A stretch of 64,000 nucleotides of DNA from Klebsormidium nitens (Eukaryota; Plantae; Klebsormidiophyceae): assembly GCA_000708835.1 (NCBI GenBank), contig DF237350.1, forward strand, positions 21,172 to 85,171. Reading direction: 5' to 3'. The notes beneath the pieces are model-generated. The model had not been told where the DNA came from and ran no database searches. It saw nothing but the letters and a program-made list of their open reading frames with translations. Numbering within the stretch: position 1 is the first letter of the stretch; the number at the start of each line of letters is the position of its first letter. Below, in pieces: positions 1 through 13,700 of this stretch. The translations under genes and the position numbers were made by a program.

Positions 1-1709
1 TTGTGCCACACCATTCGGTTTACGTGCAATTCCGGTATCTGCTGATCGATGCGCGGCGGCTCCTTGCCTCAGGAAGTAGCTTCTAAGATACGTTAGCGGG
101 ATACCCACTTCTTTGCGCCCAAAAACATTACGTTGATTGTTTCGGCGTGGAGGACCCCCAGTCAGGTCACTTGCTGGAAAATCTGACACGTGGTTGGTTG
201 AAAACATCTCTGACGACCAGGTTCCTCAGGCTGGCCTCCTGTCCGGCATCTATAAACACATTCCACTTGGTAATTCGTGCTGCTGCTCAATTTCCGACCA
301 AACTGTTTCGTTTCGGTGTGGCACTGCGTCATGCACTCAAGCACTTCGTTTTGGCGCCGACGCCCCGCCCACGCGCTACGGCTTTGATAGAACGAGACGC
401 TCACCAGGGGCAATCCAACGGGTTTGTTTCTCAAGCAGGCAAGGATTCAAATCGAAAAACCATGCAACTGAAATTCTTGCTCAGACAGTACATTCGAAAA
501 GCTTTTTGCAGCGGGCTGGGTTTGAAGAACCCTTCTCGCGTCTTCAGATTGTCGAGCGGAAACTGCAAAAGCTTGACTGCGAAGTGTATGGCAATGAAAG
601 TGATAACATCGGAATTGGGCACTTCGCGGTGCTCAAAGGAGTTCAGCTGCCGGATTGAGGATGCAGCAGGAGCCATTTCAGGTGTCCTTTTGGAGTCATC
701 TTCATTGATTCTGATACGAAGTCGGTGAGCAAAATGCAGCAGCACAGTATCGCCTTTGGCACGAAGTCCCAGTCAAAGGCGATTCTTCGACTTGAATCAG
801 TGCCTCCAATGCCGTGACTCTCAAAGCTGTTTTTTTTTTAATTCGTAGCTGCGATCACCTCCGTACTGTCCTCCGAATGTAGCCAAGTGTCACTTGACCG
901 CAAAACAAGCGCTCAGCGAGATATACGCGGCACTAGATTCTCGCGGTATATGCTGCCAGCGTGCTTTCTGGATAATTTTCCACCTGCACCGTAAGCGCGC
1001 AGTTTACCCTAGCTGGGTCTCCGACCTTAATTCTTTTGCGGCCCGCTATCAGCTTCTTTGTTGATCTTTACTAACCGTCAATGATCATAGACTCTGGCTG
1101 ACTTCGTTTGAGATGTTTCTGGCACCCGCAAGGGGCAATCATGGAGATCCGAGCGATCATAGGAAGCCTTTCAAGTCCGGATCTCTTTCCCTGCACCGCG
1201 CCTGGCGCATGCACGTACCAGTAGAACACCTAGTCAACGGGTCCCCAAATTTCGTACGCTGATCTTTGATATCTGTTGCACTTTCAGGTATTCTTTTCGT
1301 GCTTTCGTTGGAAAAGTTGGAATCCATTCCCCCAACTTGAACTCTAGGATGTTGCACGTTGTCACATTGATGGCCGTGACGAAGTGTACTTTGTTGGGCT
1401 GTCGAAGCGCGGGCAGCTCAGGCCACTTTCGCTAGGGTCCGATGCCACCATCTTTGTTGACTTAGAACGGGCAAGCGTAGTGACAAGCCGTTCACAATAT
1501 CCAAACTTCAAACAGCCTTCAAAAAAAAATTGAAGCTTTTATCAAGGGGCCGATTTTTTGAGAAGGAACGAAGCCCCTTGCTTGGTTTCTGGCGGTCCCC
1601 GAAATTGATCACTGAGTAGGCCACGGTCCAAATCCGCACCTGTGCACGGGAGAAATATCGTCGCCTCTCCTGATCCCATCATCGCGGAGACCCAAAAAAT
1701 TTCAGCTCC

Positions 1710-2082
1710 CAGGGGGACCAAACACCACTGAAACGTAGCGAACCATGATCCGCACCGTCAGATGAAAATTTTCTTGATTTGGACGGTCAAGATTGCATAT
1801 TCTGGATGTCCCGAGCCCCGATGCGGTCCTCGGTTGGTCTGAGGGGAGGGTTAAGAAGAGTGTTAGAAGAAGGTTAAGGGCTTTTTGGCTGTTAAACCCA
1901 TCTAAACCTGCCCCCAATTCCTCCTAAACGGCGCTTTGCCCGGACCCCAAACTTTGGGTTTGCAATGGTGACCCTTCGGAGGTTCAAACCCACCAGTTTT
2001 CAGTTCCGGGCAATAAGCCGTTTGGCTGCTGGCACATGGTTCAAGTTGCTAACTTGCCTACCTGGGGTGTTTGGTCCCCCTG
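1710..2082. mobile_element. Non-autonomous hAT-type MITE (373 bp)
   Basis: 17-bp perfect terminal inverted repeat CAGGGGGACCAAACACC (1710-1726) / GGTGTTTGGTCCCCCTG (2066-2082). Flanked by a near-perfect 8-bp target duplication TCAGCTCC / TCTGCTCC. An 8-bp TSD with CAG-starting TIRs is typical of hAT elements. No coding capacity. Confidence 0.85.
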
Positions 2083-5000
2083 TCTGCTCCCCTGCATTCG
2101 AAGGAACGAAGGAACCTTTTTGCTTTAAAAACAGCTGAGTTCGTTACGTCTGCCTGTAGTACACCATGTCAATCTAGTAATCAATCGGGCCGTGGACAGC
2201 GGAACGAAGTCCGCGCGTAAGGTTCACGTAAACCTAAGGCTAGCTGATTGTTACTACTGCTGGCCTTTCAAACCTTTCTCTGCGTCTTTTCCGGCTGGAT
2301 CATAGGTCGCGCTAAACTGAATCGTTTAATTATATCACGGCCGGCCGGTCGCCAAAACGATCACCCATAAATTGCTCCGTACCAGCTGTGCACAAGCTGT
2401 CAGGAGACACTCACGATTGGTAACGGGGTTCGGTGCCTGTGTCTTGCACTTTCATTTAAGATACAAACCACTTTTTCATAGCTTGAGCTGTGCGCGGTTA
2501 GTTGAATGATCGGCCCTTCATGAAGTTCAGGGACAATACCTTCATTTGTCTTTTTCATTCTAGAGGCCGAGATCTCTTCTTCCGATCATGACTGTCTGCC
2601 ATCCACGTTTGCACTTCACCAGGTGTTCTGCTACTGAGGTGTTCCGACTCTAGTTATACAAGACACTGGTGTAAAGAATCAGTTCATGTCTTTTCTATGC
2701 CTTTCATAAAGGCAGCTCTTTTTCTTTCTGAAGAAGACTCTAGATACAAAAGATAAGTACAGCCGTCGGCGATGATTGCATAGGATCGCGGATGGGCAGT
2801 GTCTGCTCCAGTACGTGGAGCGGCTCTTGCGCAGAGCCAGATGCGTCACCTCATCTTCTTTGGTCACCCTCGGACCAGCACACGAGGCCTCGCTCCTGCC
2901 CGTGCTGACAACCAACGTCCTTTCCAAATGACCCGGGGAGTCCAAACCTGTCGATTTCTTCATTGTTTGGGTGTTGCCCCTATCAGCGCAGCCGCGGATC
3001 TCTGAAACTTTGACTAGGTGTCGTAATTGTGATTCAATAAGTCGGACTTTCTCTGGGGTCCATTCGCAAGCTATGAGAGTAAAGTTGGGCTGCTGCCAGT
3101 GTGCGTCCACCGGATTGATGAGGGATGAAGGTCCTCATAACGGGCTGCTACCAGCGGAAAGTTAGATGATGTGGAAAGTCTGCTTGGGAGAACGTACGTA
3201 GACGTACAACTAAGTGCTGTAATAAACGGCGCCCAGAGTTGGATACAAAAGCCAAGTGCTGTGAAAACTTAAACCGTTATATCCAAACATGGTTTGTGCT
3301 TGTTTGGAACGTTGCCGTGTTTTTGATCTTCGTTCTGGCACTATGATAAGGATAAGTACCTGAGTATTTCGGGCTACCATTGCGCCGGCCAATAAGAAAC
3401 TTGCAGCACCCGGGCGCTTGAGTTACTCCGAGTAGCTGTCACCCTAATCACTACGGTTCTTTGAGTCAGCCCATCATGCATCTTGACTACAGTAGCATCT
3501 GCTGACGGCTTCAGCGAAATTCGACGGCTACGAGGTTAATCATGCGCAATATGTTGAACAGTTCGCTCGTTTGCTCATCAGCTACTGTGGACAAAACTGA
3601 CGAAATTGTTCTAATTTGTGCGTGGGTTCTGGTAATATTGCCTCAATCCTGGTTCTTCCTTCGGTTGCGCTTTCTGAAAAGTGCGTACAGTGATCTCGTT
3701 TCGAATGTGGACTCAATAAAATACCAGTAAGCCCTCTGATAATTGTCGTAAATCAAGCTCCAAGGTCCATATTCTAGTAGGATTCAGCGTACTAGTCAGC
3801 CGGTCAGTGTGTGGCCATCGGATTGATAAGATGAAGCCCAAGGGCATCTAACCGTGTACTGGGCATTGGGGCAACGACCGACTCTGTTATTTACGGGCAT
3901 CATTGATCGTGTCATGAACCGCAACTTGTGACGTCACAGTGGCGCGGATCACGTGCCCATGTCCAACACATCGTGCAGACCATCTACGGGACCAATCAAT
4001 GCAGCGCCAGTGAAGTTGAAGCAAGGGCGTCATACTACGAGTCGAGGAGTACCTTAAGCAAAGGCTCCCGGCTAGGAGGTCCAGCGTGAGTTTTGGTGAA
4101 GGAAAAACCCGTACGATTGCAAATCATCAACTGTGCAAGCGGATGGCGAAGGATTTTTCTTTTGTGGTGGGCTTTTCGTTCCACATGTAAGCTCCACTGA
4201 ACTTTTCCGTCTTTGAGGTTTATAGAAAGGGCCGTTTGTGGAGTAGAATTCGCAATCACTAAGGAGTTGGGCCGGATTCTTTAACGTTTCTTATTCTTAC
4301 AGAGCGTTTGGACCCGCCTTTCCACCCGTTAGCGGCCTCTGAAGTGGTCCTTTCCGTACCCAACTGACAAGATAAAGAGCGCGTGCTAAGATCGAAGCCA
4401 CTCCTGCATTTACAATCACGAAGTGGTCTTCTGCAATCGCCGTCGGTATTTCCTTCATCTACACTTGCCGGCTTGGAAACTTTATATCCTCGCCATTTAT
4501 GCAAGTCAGAGCAGATCAGCGCCGCGCTCTAACAAAAGAACTCTTCTAGGTCGCCCGGTTATACGCCCATCTTGAGGCTGATGCATTTTTTGCGCTGTGG
4601 CTTTTTGTGGAACCAAGATGTGGCAAGGATGTAATCAAAGTATCGGACCAGAGCTCCAGAGCTCAACCAGGGAGTGTTCCTCAGAGCCACAACCCATGTG
4701 ATGCGGCTTTATTGTTTCGACAGTCTTTCGCCTTGAATGTGGAGACCGGCCCGGGGGTAGCTCCAACGCTGTGGAAGAAACGAAGGCGCGGGTCCGAACA
4801 TCGTGCAAAACCTACCTGGCGATCGTCGCAATGCGCATCATCCTGTGAACGTTTTAATCCAGAGGCTTGTATCTCAAGGAGGGCTTTGCCTGGCCAAGCA
4901 CATCGGCGCAGATCGACCCGAGGCGAGCGGATTAATTTGGTTCTGATTCTGGAAGAGTACACTTCTGTTTTCAGCGTTTCGATCCCCTAAAGTTCGGGCC

Positions 5001-5289
5001 CTAAATGATCCTTACGTTCTGAGTGCTTCAAGATTAGACAGCCCACTTGCCATTTTAACCTAGTCCGAGGCTGCTCCCGCTCATGACACGAGCTTGATGC
5101 CTGGGTTCCGGTGTTGCGTGCTCCAGCAAACGAAGCGGAACTGGGCGTTCATCTCAAATGCATCTCATTGAAACGGGGGCGGTTAATTTGTTGCGCCTTT
5201 TGATACGAGCTCTCTTTGCCTGATTCAGTATCGCCTTCTTTATTTAGTATCGCCTTCTCCAGTTTTGAGACAGGCACTATGGAGGTGAG

Positions 5290-5830
5290 CGGGTGGTCGT
5301 GATGAAACCGCCTGGGCTATATCAAGGGTTCTGCAGCCCACTGCTGGACCAACTTTCTAACCTCGACGCCACCCTTGAAACTTCTTGTATCACTGTTACT
5401 CGGGGGTTGCTTACTGCGAAGTCGTGGATGAAGATGAAATCCTTGCCACTCAGATCGAATCAGTTGGACTTTGAGTCCGGTCAAGGGATTTTGAAGTAGT
5501 TCTTTCACCGACTTTCACCGTTCTTTCATGACGTTTTTGTCTTGTGCCGGTCAAGAAGAAGTTGCCACCGTCTGAGCATGAAAGCGCCCAGCAGTGATCA
5601 GCAAAGTCTGAAGCCGACCAGCGCTTGGGGCGAAGGATTCGTTGCAGCCCAACAAACTAATATGGCATTTGTTCCTTCGAACCAGCGTTCCTGTTCTCTA
5701 GACACTGGGCGGAAAGAGAGTGAACGAGCATCTAATGCAACAGTATTGGGACTCTGAAAGCTGGGGCGCACCTGTGCACCTTCACTTGGTAGTGAAGGCT
5801 GAGTTTCTCCCGTCAAGAAGTTGCCCGCAA
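5290..5830 (-). pseudogene. Decayed paralogous segment, copy 1 of a local family (unknown product)
   Basis: Shares CTGAAGCCGACCAGCGCTTGGGG exactly (5608 vs 9095), plus the CTCGACGCCACC and GCCTGGGCT blocks, with 8790-9300 at similar spacing. Minus-strand translation LQRILRPKRWSAS...GGNFFLTG matches LQLILYPKRWSAS...GGVFFFTG in the other copy. Stops and frameshifts are present. Confidence 0.5.
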
Positions 5831-8369
5831 AATCCTTTCAGCCGGCTTTCCAAATCCAGATCCAACGTGGAACTTGCGGTTGATGACCTTTGTAATTTAC
5901 TCAGCGCTTAGGCAGTAGGACGTGGGTCGTAGAGTCGCATGTGGCGAGGACGAGAGACGGCTGGTTCGAGAATGTCGATCAGCTGTCACCGGTTCTGCTC
6001 TCCCTCTGAAGCCGCAAGTAGGAATGTTCAATGATTGGCATCGAGGTTATCAAAGGGGTATATCGAACCTCTTCTGCGGGTTGATGAAGGACATTCCTTA
6101 CTGTTTCGCCCAGCGAAACGGTAAATTTTCTACCACTCCTTTCAGATATCGTACTTATCGCCCTCGTAGCTTTCGAAAAAGCTTGCCCTGTTTAAAAGCT
6201 TCGCACGAGCAGCCGCGACAATCAAGCACCTCATTAAAATATCTTTCAGAAATGTAGCACGTCCGAGTTCACTGTTTGTTATAGATGAAGACGTCTCTTA
6301 CAGTTATGCTCTGCGCTCGATGCTGCAATGTGTTGGACGACTGCAGAAGCTGGTCTTGTAATGTAGGACGGAGGATTCCGATAGGCAATGATTGTGAGAT
6401 ACGACGTGGGCGCTGCGCCGCTCATAGGAGAACGTTCGATGTGTTTGAGCCGCACGAATCGTGCTCACTACCTTGAAGATCCCGGGGCTTTCCCTGTAGC
6501 CAGACCCTAAAGGACCCCGTGCCATGTATGAACCGTTTCCTGCTGACCAGAATTTGACGGACAAGCTTCGTAGACGCCTCAAAAGAAGGCCGGCGTGTGG
6601 AGCGCTGTTTTCTTTTCATTGGTCCGTTGCATTGATGCTTCGGACTTTCTTATTTGCAGATGTGCCGGTTCATAGCGAAGAAGACGCTTGATTACCGTGC
6701 CAGATACAACAAATGATGCCAATTCAACTTCAAGCCTGCACGTCCTTCTATAGTTAATCAGGGTTGCTTTTGTCTTTGCAAACGTAAAGTATCTGTCTTT
6801 CGGGCCGCACTGCATGTAATGGCTTTCAGTGCTCAGCCGATGATCAGATCTGATGGTCAACCTTCTTGTATGGCCTAACGGTACTCGATTGCGCTCAAAG
6901 GGTTAGCTTGGTTGCTGGCGGCTTCAATCAGGCATATCTAAAAGTTGGGTCTGTCGGACCTGCACGCAATCGTCGTTAGAGTGTCTCGTTTTGCGAAATT
7001 GCGCGCTGGAATTTCATTAGCTTCAGCGTGGCGCCATGGTATTTCATTAGACATTTGCAGATTGCTTCGATGGCCATGGGGAAGCGATCACGACTGGGCT
7101 TTATCTTTAGCAGCTCAGGTACTTTCTGGTCCAGTCCGATGCCACCGGCGGCCAGCTGTCTGGTGCGACATGTTTGGTTTCGCTTCTAAACGGACTGCGA
7201 GATCTTGCCAGAATTTGAGCTAGAAGTATCCGGAGAGTTGGTGAAAAGGGCCGCAATGTGACCGATAGTCTTACTGGAAAATACTGCAAAAACGTCATGG
7301 TGGTGCCCGGTTTCTGGACTATCGTAGGTTGAGCTCTGCATTATTTAGATATACTGAGTGTAGTCTTCACTGCGGAAAGCATTTTGGACAGCTCGTTATA
7401 TACGGAAATTGCGGGCACGTACACATCGATCGGACGCCTTTCCATATCGCGCGTGCGCCCCGCCCATATGATGCGTGTTTCCATCTCTTATAGCAGAATG
7501 CGTTGTTACGATGTTGCTTCACAGCGTGAAGGGCTCATATGCTTGCCAAGCTGCATTTATCTCTCTTTTTTTATGCTTGTGTGACCCGTTGCGGCCATGG
7601 CGAATCGAACAAGGATGGGCTGCCCGCGTCAAGTGGCAACTCAGCAAGCGTCAGGTTGATCACACTGAGCTGCGCTGGGTGCTCGTAGAGAACTGTGGAA
7701 CGCGGGTACCTTATTGCGCAAAGGACCTGAGTGCTGATTGTAGGTCCATCATGTTACAGGAATTGCATTTTTGATGGTGTCAGAAACACCAGGCCAAACC
7801 TGTTCGATTCGATTCCGCACCTATTTATCTCATGTAGTCGTTCTGTTCTTACAACCCCATACGTACGTATGATTATGATTGCACGCCCGGCAAATTAGTG
7901 CAGACCGGCCCAGGGCAAAAAGATTTCTTGCTGAGACGATCCTCTATTACTTTATTTCCATCTATCGGCAGGGTTTCAATCCCCTGTATGAGCAATGATC
8001 GAATGCTTTTTTATGTGCAAACCTTGGTGTGAAATCAGACAGGCCATCTGCTGCTTCGACCTGGTCCACTGCCAGTGGCGGCTGTGCCGTCACAGCTGCG
8101 GTGGCATGGCGCGAGCTTCATGCCTGGAGACTTTGATATTTCTTTCTTGATTGAATAGATTCTTGGAGTCTGGCGCTAAAATCCGTTTGTTTAATCGAGA
8201 CTCGTTATTATGGAACAACTGGGAACTTGGGCGCGTGTCTGAGTTGGGCGTTCGTTCAACGGAATTGGGGTGGAACGGATGGAGCACCTTTTTGATGCAC
8301 TGAATCTGATTCCTTGCAAGATCCGTTGTGGGCTCTTCTTTGACACGATCTTTCTCTGAAAGTGCTTCG

Positions 8370-9300
8370 GTGGTTGTGATGATCAAAAGAGTGGCATGGG
8401 CTGTTGCACCTTCTGCAGCCCACGGCAGCAGAGGTCGCTCTCGACGCCACCGGTCAATTCTGACATCGTGATTAGTGCCGATCTGGGGCTTTCCTCGTCT
8501 GCAAACTGACAAAAGAATCTGCCCAAAGCCGGTTGTACCGTGACTGGTCTGGTGATGTTGCGTTCTGAAAGAAACGCAGCGGCTCTCGGAGCTTTGCTCC
8601 GTGTGTGGGACCCGGACCCAACAATGTTAGAACAGTCTAAAAGTTGGGCGCCTCTCTGAATTGCACGTTCGTTTATGTTTCAGAATCAATTTGGGGGCGA
8701 CTGGATCGAGTACCTTATGTTGCACAAAGCTTATTGATGGCACGAGCCGGTGTGACAATCTTAGACACTTTAGAAATGCTTTGCTTCAAGTGCTTCGATG
8801 GTTGTGATAATCAAACGGCCTGGGCTGTTGCACCTTCTGCGGGCCATGACAGGTATTTCCATTCCTCGACGCCACCCAATCTGACATCGTAGGTGCCGAA
8901 CCTGGGGCTTTTTACGCCTGGAACTTCCTAATTCGGGACGACATGATTTGACATCTGCCCCACGCTCGGGTGGACCGTGATGTCATAGCAGCCTGAATCC
9001 GATCCCGGCGTTTGTGTTCCTGGACCGGTGAAGAAGAAGACTCCACCGATTGAGCATGAGGCGAGCTCAGTGTTGTACGTGGAGATATGTTAAGCTGAAG
9101 CCGACCAGCGCTTGGGGTATAAGATTAACTGCAGCCGGGTTTATCAGCCAGCCTTTTCATCGAACCGTTTTTCATCTCTAAAGAAGCACAGGTGCAGGGC
9201 GCGTCAAGAGAACTTTTCATACTACGTGCATCTCAAAGTTACTCGGACCCTGCGCATTTTGAGGCGCACTTCTAGACAAGAGGGCAGCGAAGACTTGGCT
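8370..9300 (-). pseudogene. Decayed paralogous segment, copy 2, with an internal partial tandem duplication
   Basis: TGGGCTGTTGCACCTTCTGC is identical at 8397 and 8821 and the surrounding ~140 bp are alignable. 8790-9300 is homologous to 5290-5830. Confidence 0.55.
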
Positions 9301-11566
9301 TCTTCTGTCAAGTGGCCTGCGGTTCGCTGCAAGCTGCCGGCTTTCCGGCTTGCAGACTGTATAGTTGTGGCAATCATGTTTTTTCCTCCTGGGCGCCCTG
9401 ACTGCTCTCCGCTTGGAGAGCAGATGTTTCGTTGAATCGAGGTGTAAAGGACGACAGACGAGTACTCTGAGCTTCCAAGGTGCTCATCATCCTCTGTGCG
9501 GCCAGTCTTTTGACAGCCTCAAGCCTCAAGGCAACCTCCATTACAGATGAGTTTGTAAGCCTGGAGCTAAGATCGCGACTTATCTCGTCGGTTGGAGAAC
9601 GGTGTGTCTTGCATCTACTAATTTCCAGAGGAGGATTCTTGAGTGCGTATCAGTCCGTCTTGAAAAGAACTGCAAAGCCAACTGTGCCGCTTTACATCGA
9701 CTCGGGGGCGTCATTTGCTGGATGCAGGTCAATTTTCCTTAACCGGAATTTCTGATCAAGCTCTCAGCGGCCGCGACCGTATCAACAGATTTCAGCTTTC
9801 TTTCAATGATGCAAGCACCGTTTGGAAGAGCGTGTGAGGTCTCTGTTCCTTCCTATGGAGAAATGTGAGAGCTTCGGTGGATTCGGATGTGCTGGATCCA
9901 GGAACCAATCGAACGGATGTAAAAGCTGGTCCTTCGATGCTGGAATATCGATCTCCGATCGGCATTGATTGCGGGGCACATGGGCGCTGCGCTGCTCATA
10001 TACCCCTCTTCTTCTATTTGAGCCGCAGTACTATTTGTAGTGCTTCCTACCTTACTGCTGCTCTTTGCATCCAGACGCCAAGGACGCGCCAAGTATACGT
10101 CTACAGGCCTCGCATCAGGCCTCAATATGAAAGGGCCTTTGAACTCTAAATGTCTGCCCAGCGTCCGCTGATCCTCCGGCCTCCTAAGTTTGCCAACGGG
10201 CCCTTTTGTAGCGGTCAAGACGCTAGACCACGTTGGCTGCCCGCTTTTTGCGGGTTCCTTCTTTAAGTTGCACTGGCTGTCTGTTCGTGGCGTGTGTGGA
10301 TGCAGATCCACTTCGAGGATAGAAATAGCATTTGATGCATCTTCAAGCCGCTAGAATTCCGGATATCGATTGAAAGACGTAAAACATACCTGCACTCGAA
10401 CATTTATTTCTCAAACCCCCAAGTTGATAATAAGAGAATCTTAAACGGACTACGACGTTTTAGAGTCGATGCAGGAGGACGGTTGTTGTGTGTGCCCATC
10501 TTAGCCGTTCGGTCGAGAACTACTGGACGTTCTGTATAATGTATGAAGTGCGGCCGGGACGAGATCATGGGGAGGCTTGAGCAACAGGCTCACTTGTAGA
10601 ATGCTTCCGGAATCCTGAGAACCACCAAGTGTATTTCTGAGTTCTTTCTATTGATCCGCTCCTTTCAACCGCTTCTCGACCTGCCTCGGTTGTTTCATTT
10701 CAAAAGAGCAACATGCATCATTCTGGGCAACCTGCACCCAATGTGCCATTTGAAGGTCGGAGGGCCCCCTGTTCTTATACAACTCTTGAACTAAGCGGCC
10801 CTCGATCTTCTGCACCAACAGCAAGCCTCAACTTGGACGTGACGGGTGTGGAACACAAAGAATGTTGCGTGTCTTTAAGAACATTGGTCCGAACTATCAA
10901 CTTGCATCTGACGTTCCAAGCATACACATCCTCTTCGATCCGTTTCGCCCACAAGAGTGTTCTACCTTCTAGATGCCTCTCGAGGAGGAGAAGAGACCAC
11001 CCATCCAGGGCGCTGGTCTTTACGGGCCACCGCTACAACCTCCTGATCTGAGGCCTTCGGCCGAAATCTCACACCTTTTTGACCCTGTCAAAAGGAATAT
11101 TGCATCATTGCTCCTCCGGGCTTGCTTCGCTTTCTTGCTGCCTGGTCACGCTGTAGCGTAGCCTTTACCGTTTAGGGTCTCGTGACTCGATCAACTCTTT
11201 CAGCACCAGCTTTTGGTTGAAAGATGCCTATACTTTCACGTCGCAGAGGGCCGGCAGTGATTGACGCAGTAAACGAGTTGAGCTGCAACGTGCTCATCTG
11301 TTCAAGGCACAGTTCCAGCTGCTCACGAAGCCAGCCTAGAGATTATTTTTGAAATATGCCATCGATACTAAGTTCTCCTTTCGACGTGCAAGGCGTGCGT
11401 GTTTCCTAACTTTCTTGAATGCAATGGCCTCCGGCCTCGTCTTAAAGATTGTTCTTAGATTATGTTTCTGACCGTCGGCTTTGTCGCCGGCAGTGAAAGG
11501 GCTCATCTCTGTATTCAGCAAAGGACAGGGGTCTCACTTAGAAATGAAAGCAGAGGCGAGCCCGAC

Positions 11567-11611
11567 ACGTCTCGCCAGGGAATCCGCAAAAGAGATTCCC
11601 TGGCGAGACGT
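11567..11611. repeat. Perfect 18-bp hairpin with 9-nt loop
   Basis: ACGTCTCGCCAGGGAATC (11567-11584) + CGCAAAAGA + GATTCCCTGGCGAGACGT (11594-11611). Confidence 0.95.
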
Positions 11612-13544
11612 CTTCCCTTTACAAGCTCGCGAGGACGTCTGAACCTCGGAAGATTGGATCCGGCATTTGCGGTGGATGATTTGGTGTCGTTCAGAATGCA
11701 CGCGCGCGGCCGCGCTGCGCGCCTACCGCCTGGCGCGCGCCCGCGAACTTTGCCCCCAGGCATTCCTAGAAGATCGCCGGGCCGCAGGGCTGATTCGATG
11801 GGCACCCCGCAGTCTCCCAGATTGCACCAACCCGGCGGACCAGCTGCCGTTAGTTCGTCTGTCGTTTGCCGCAAGGCGGTGTCGACTGCGCTTCGTCCGC
11901 AACACGCGGCCTAGTGCGCGACGCTTGTGCAACTTGGGCCCTAGGGCCATAACTTAGTAATAGGCGAGATGACGACCGCGTAAGAAGAGGCAGCGCTGAG
12001 AAAAACAGAACCACAAGTGCTCGTTTGTGATCGGCCAAATCAGCTCACTCTATCTAGGTGGTTCGATGTTGGCACACGGCCTACTAATCTGGCTTCATCG
12101 CCGCCGTTGAATCTCGCAGCCGCATTCAAGTCCAAATCACGTTCGTTTTTTTTCTCAAGGAAAATTCTCTCAGTTTCAGAACCCACTCTTCGTAGTGGGT
12201 TCGTCGTAATCCACATCCAAGCTTTTCAATCAACGCCGCAGCGAGCTGTCGTCGCCAGGTTACGTCACCTGAGGATCCACGGTCTCTTTCCCACGTTTCA
12301 CACCGACGCTTCGTTGTGATTTTTAGTTTGTAGCAATCCCGATTCGGCCTCAACGCGTTAATATTAAGCTTTGACACTGTTTTCATGAGGATTCTCTGAT
12401 TCCTAATCCTCGCATCCAACAGAAACGTGCCTTGTGACTTGAATGATGTATATGCAGCCGTAGGAGAAGGCGTGTCAAGCCTGAAAGACCGGCTGGAAAC
12501 CGTGCGTGCGCTCGCTGGACCGCGTCAAAAACGCCGAGCTTCCAAGTACGCTGGTCCCAATTCCTCGGAATGTGCAAGTCTTTTCCATTATATTCCGTGT
12601 ATCAAGTCCAGTTTGAGAAACAAACCAGGCGAAGACGACACATTGAGAGTCCTGGCGCTATTCGAGAATCCAGGAGTCAAGACCCTGTTCTCCGGCGTTG
12701 TGTACGGACGCCACTAGCCGTAAAATTCTGTGTTTGACGTATGCATTCCAGCGAGATCCTTCTATGTTATTTTGGTGCCACAAGCAAAGCATTCGAGCCG
12801 TTCCAAACAACGCTGTGCTCCATTCTTATACCTGTTGGCTGTGACGAGAAAGCGATGTGGGGTTTAAACTCCGGCGGCTCACATCAGATTGCGTGGTGTC
12901 GAACGCTCCGAAGCCAGCGAAAGCAGCCCAACTTGGAAACGCCTAGAAAAGCAACCAACTACCGTACTCTTGTCCTATTTAACCACGCGGCTACCCACTG
13001 TCATTGAGTTGGCTCAGTGGAACAAGCAGAGTAATCGAAGCTCGTTCTATTCTATGCTTTGGGATGGCGCAGAACCTGTAGACTGACAGCAGATCAAGCC
13101 GTTCGAGATGGGTTGTTCGACGGCACCCTGTTGAATCAGTGATCAATGATCAGAGACGCGACGCGGCTCATGGCAAGTCAAACAACGACCCGTGGAGTCC
13201 GACTTTGATTCGTCATCTTTGTTAGTGCGTTGGCCGGGAAGATTGAATTTCGATGATGTCTGGGCTCCCTCAGTGGAGCTCACGCCTTTATCTGTTTCTT
13301 GAGCCTGCTTCAGTTTGGAAATCAGAGTTGAGGGAACGCACATAACGCGGTATGAACATGTTGGCTAGAATCTTTTCGGTGTCAGATTGATTGGGGGTGA
13401 ATTGATGTTCACTCCAGCATCAGCCCACATTTTACATTGATGATTGGAACAAAGATACCGAGGCAACGATGAACCTGCAAATCTCTACGATGAAGATCTG
13501 AACAACCTGCTGTCGCTCAAGTGTCTTACACCTAAGTTTTATTG

Positions 13545-13700
13545 TGACTGGTCATGGCAGCCTGACTTAGTTTCCGGCGTTTGTGTGCTGGTGTAGATGT
13601 GCCGCTAAAGAAGAAGTTGTGTCAACTGAATATACGCAAGCTCAGGCTTGAAGTACCAACTCTGAAGCCGGCCAGAATTGGAAGAGTCGAAAGGCGCCTG
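13545..13700 (-). pseudogene. Decayed paralogous segment, copy 3
   Basis: CCGGCGTTTGTG is shared with 9005 (here 13574). The GAAGAAG block and CTGAAGCCGGCCAG (13662) follow in the same order as in copies 1 and 2. Confidence 0.45.

Noticed and set aside
137-728. Two overlapping plus-strand ORFs (173 and 193 aa)
   Set aside because: No recognisable motif, no ATG-led exon structure and no GC-rich codon style like the real exons here. Not called, although a decayed gene cannot be excluded.
1966-1995. tRNA gene candidate
   Set aside because: Only a T-arm-like half is present. There is no D-arm or anticodon arm, and it lies inside a MITE.
9853-10311. FKGPFIL…PVDVYL resembling the Gypsy integrase GPF region
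   Set aside because: Isolated. No integrase core or RT motifs were found in the adjacent sequence.
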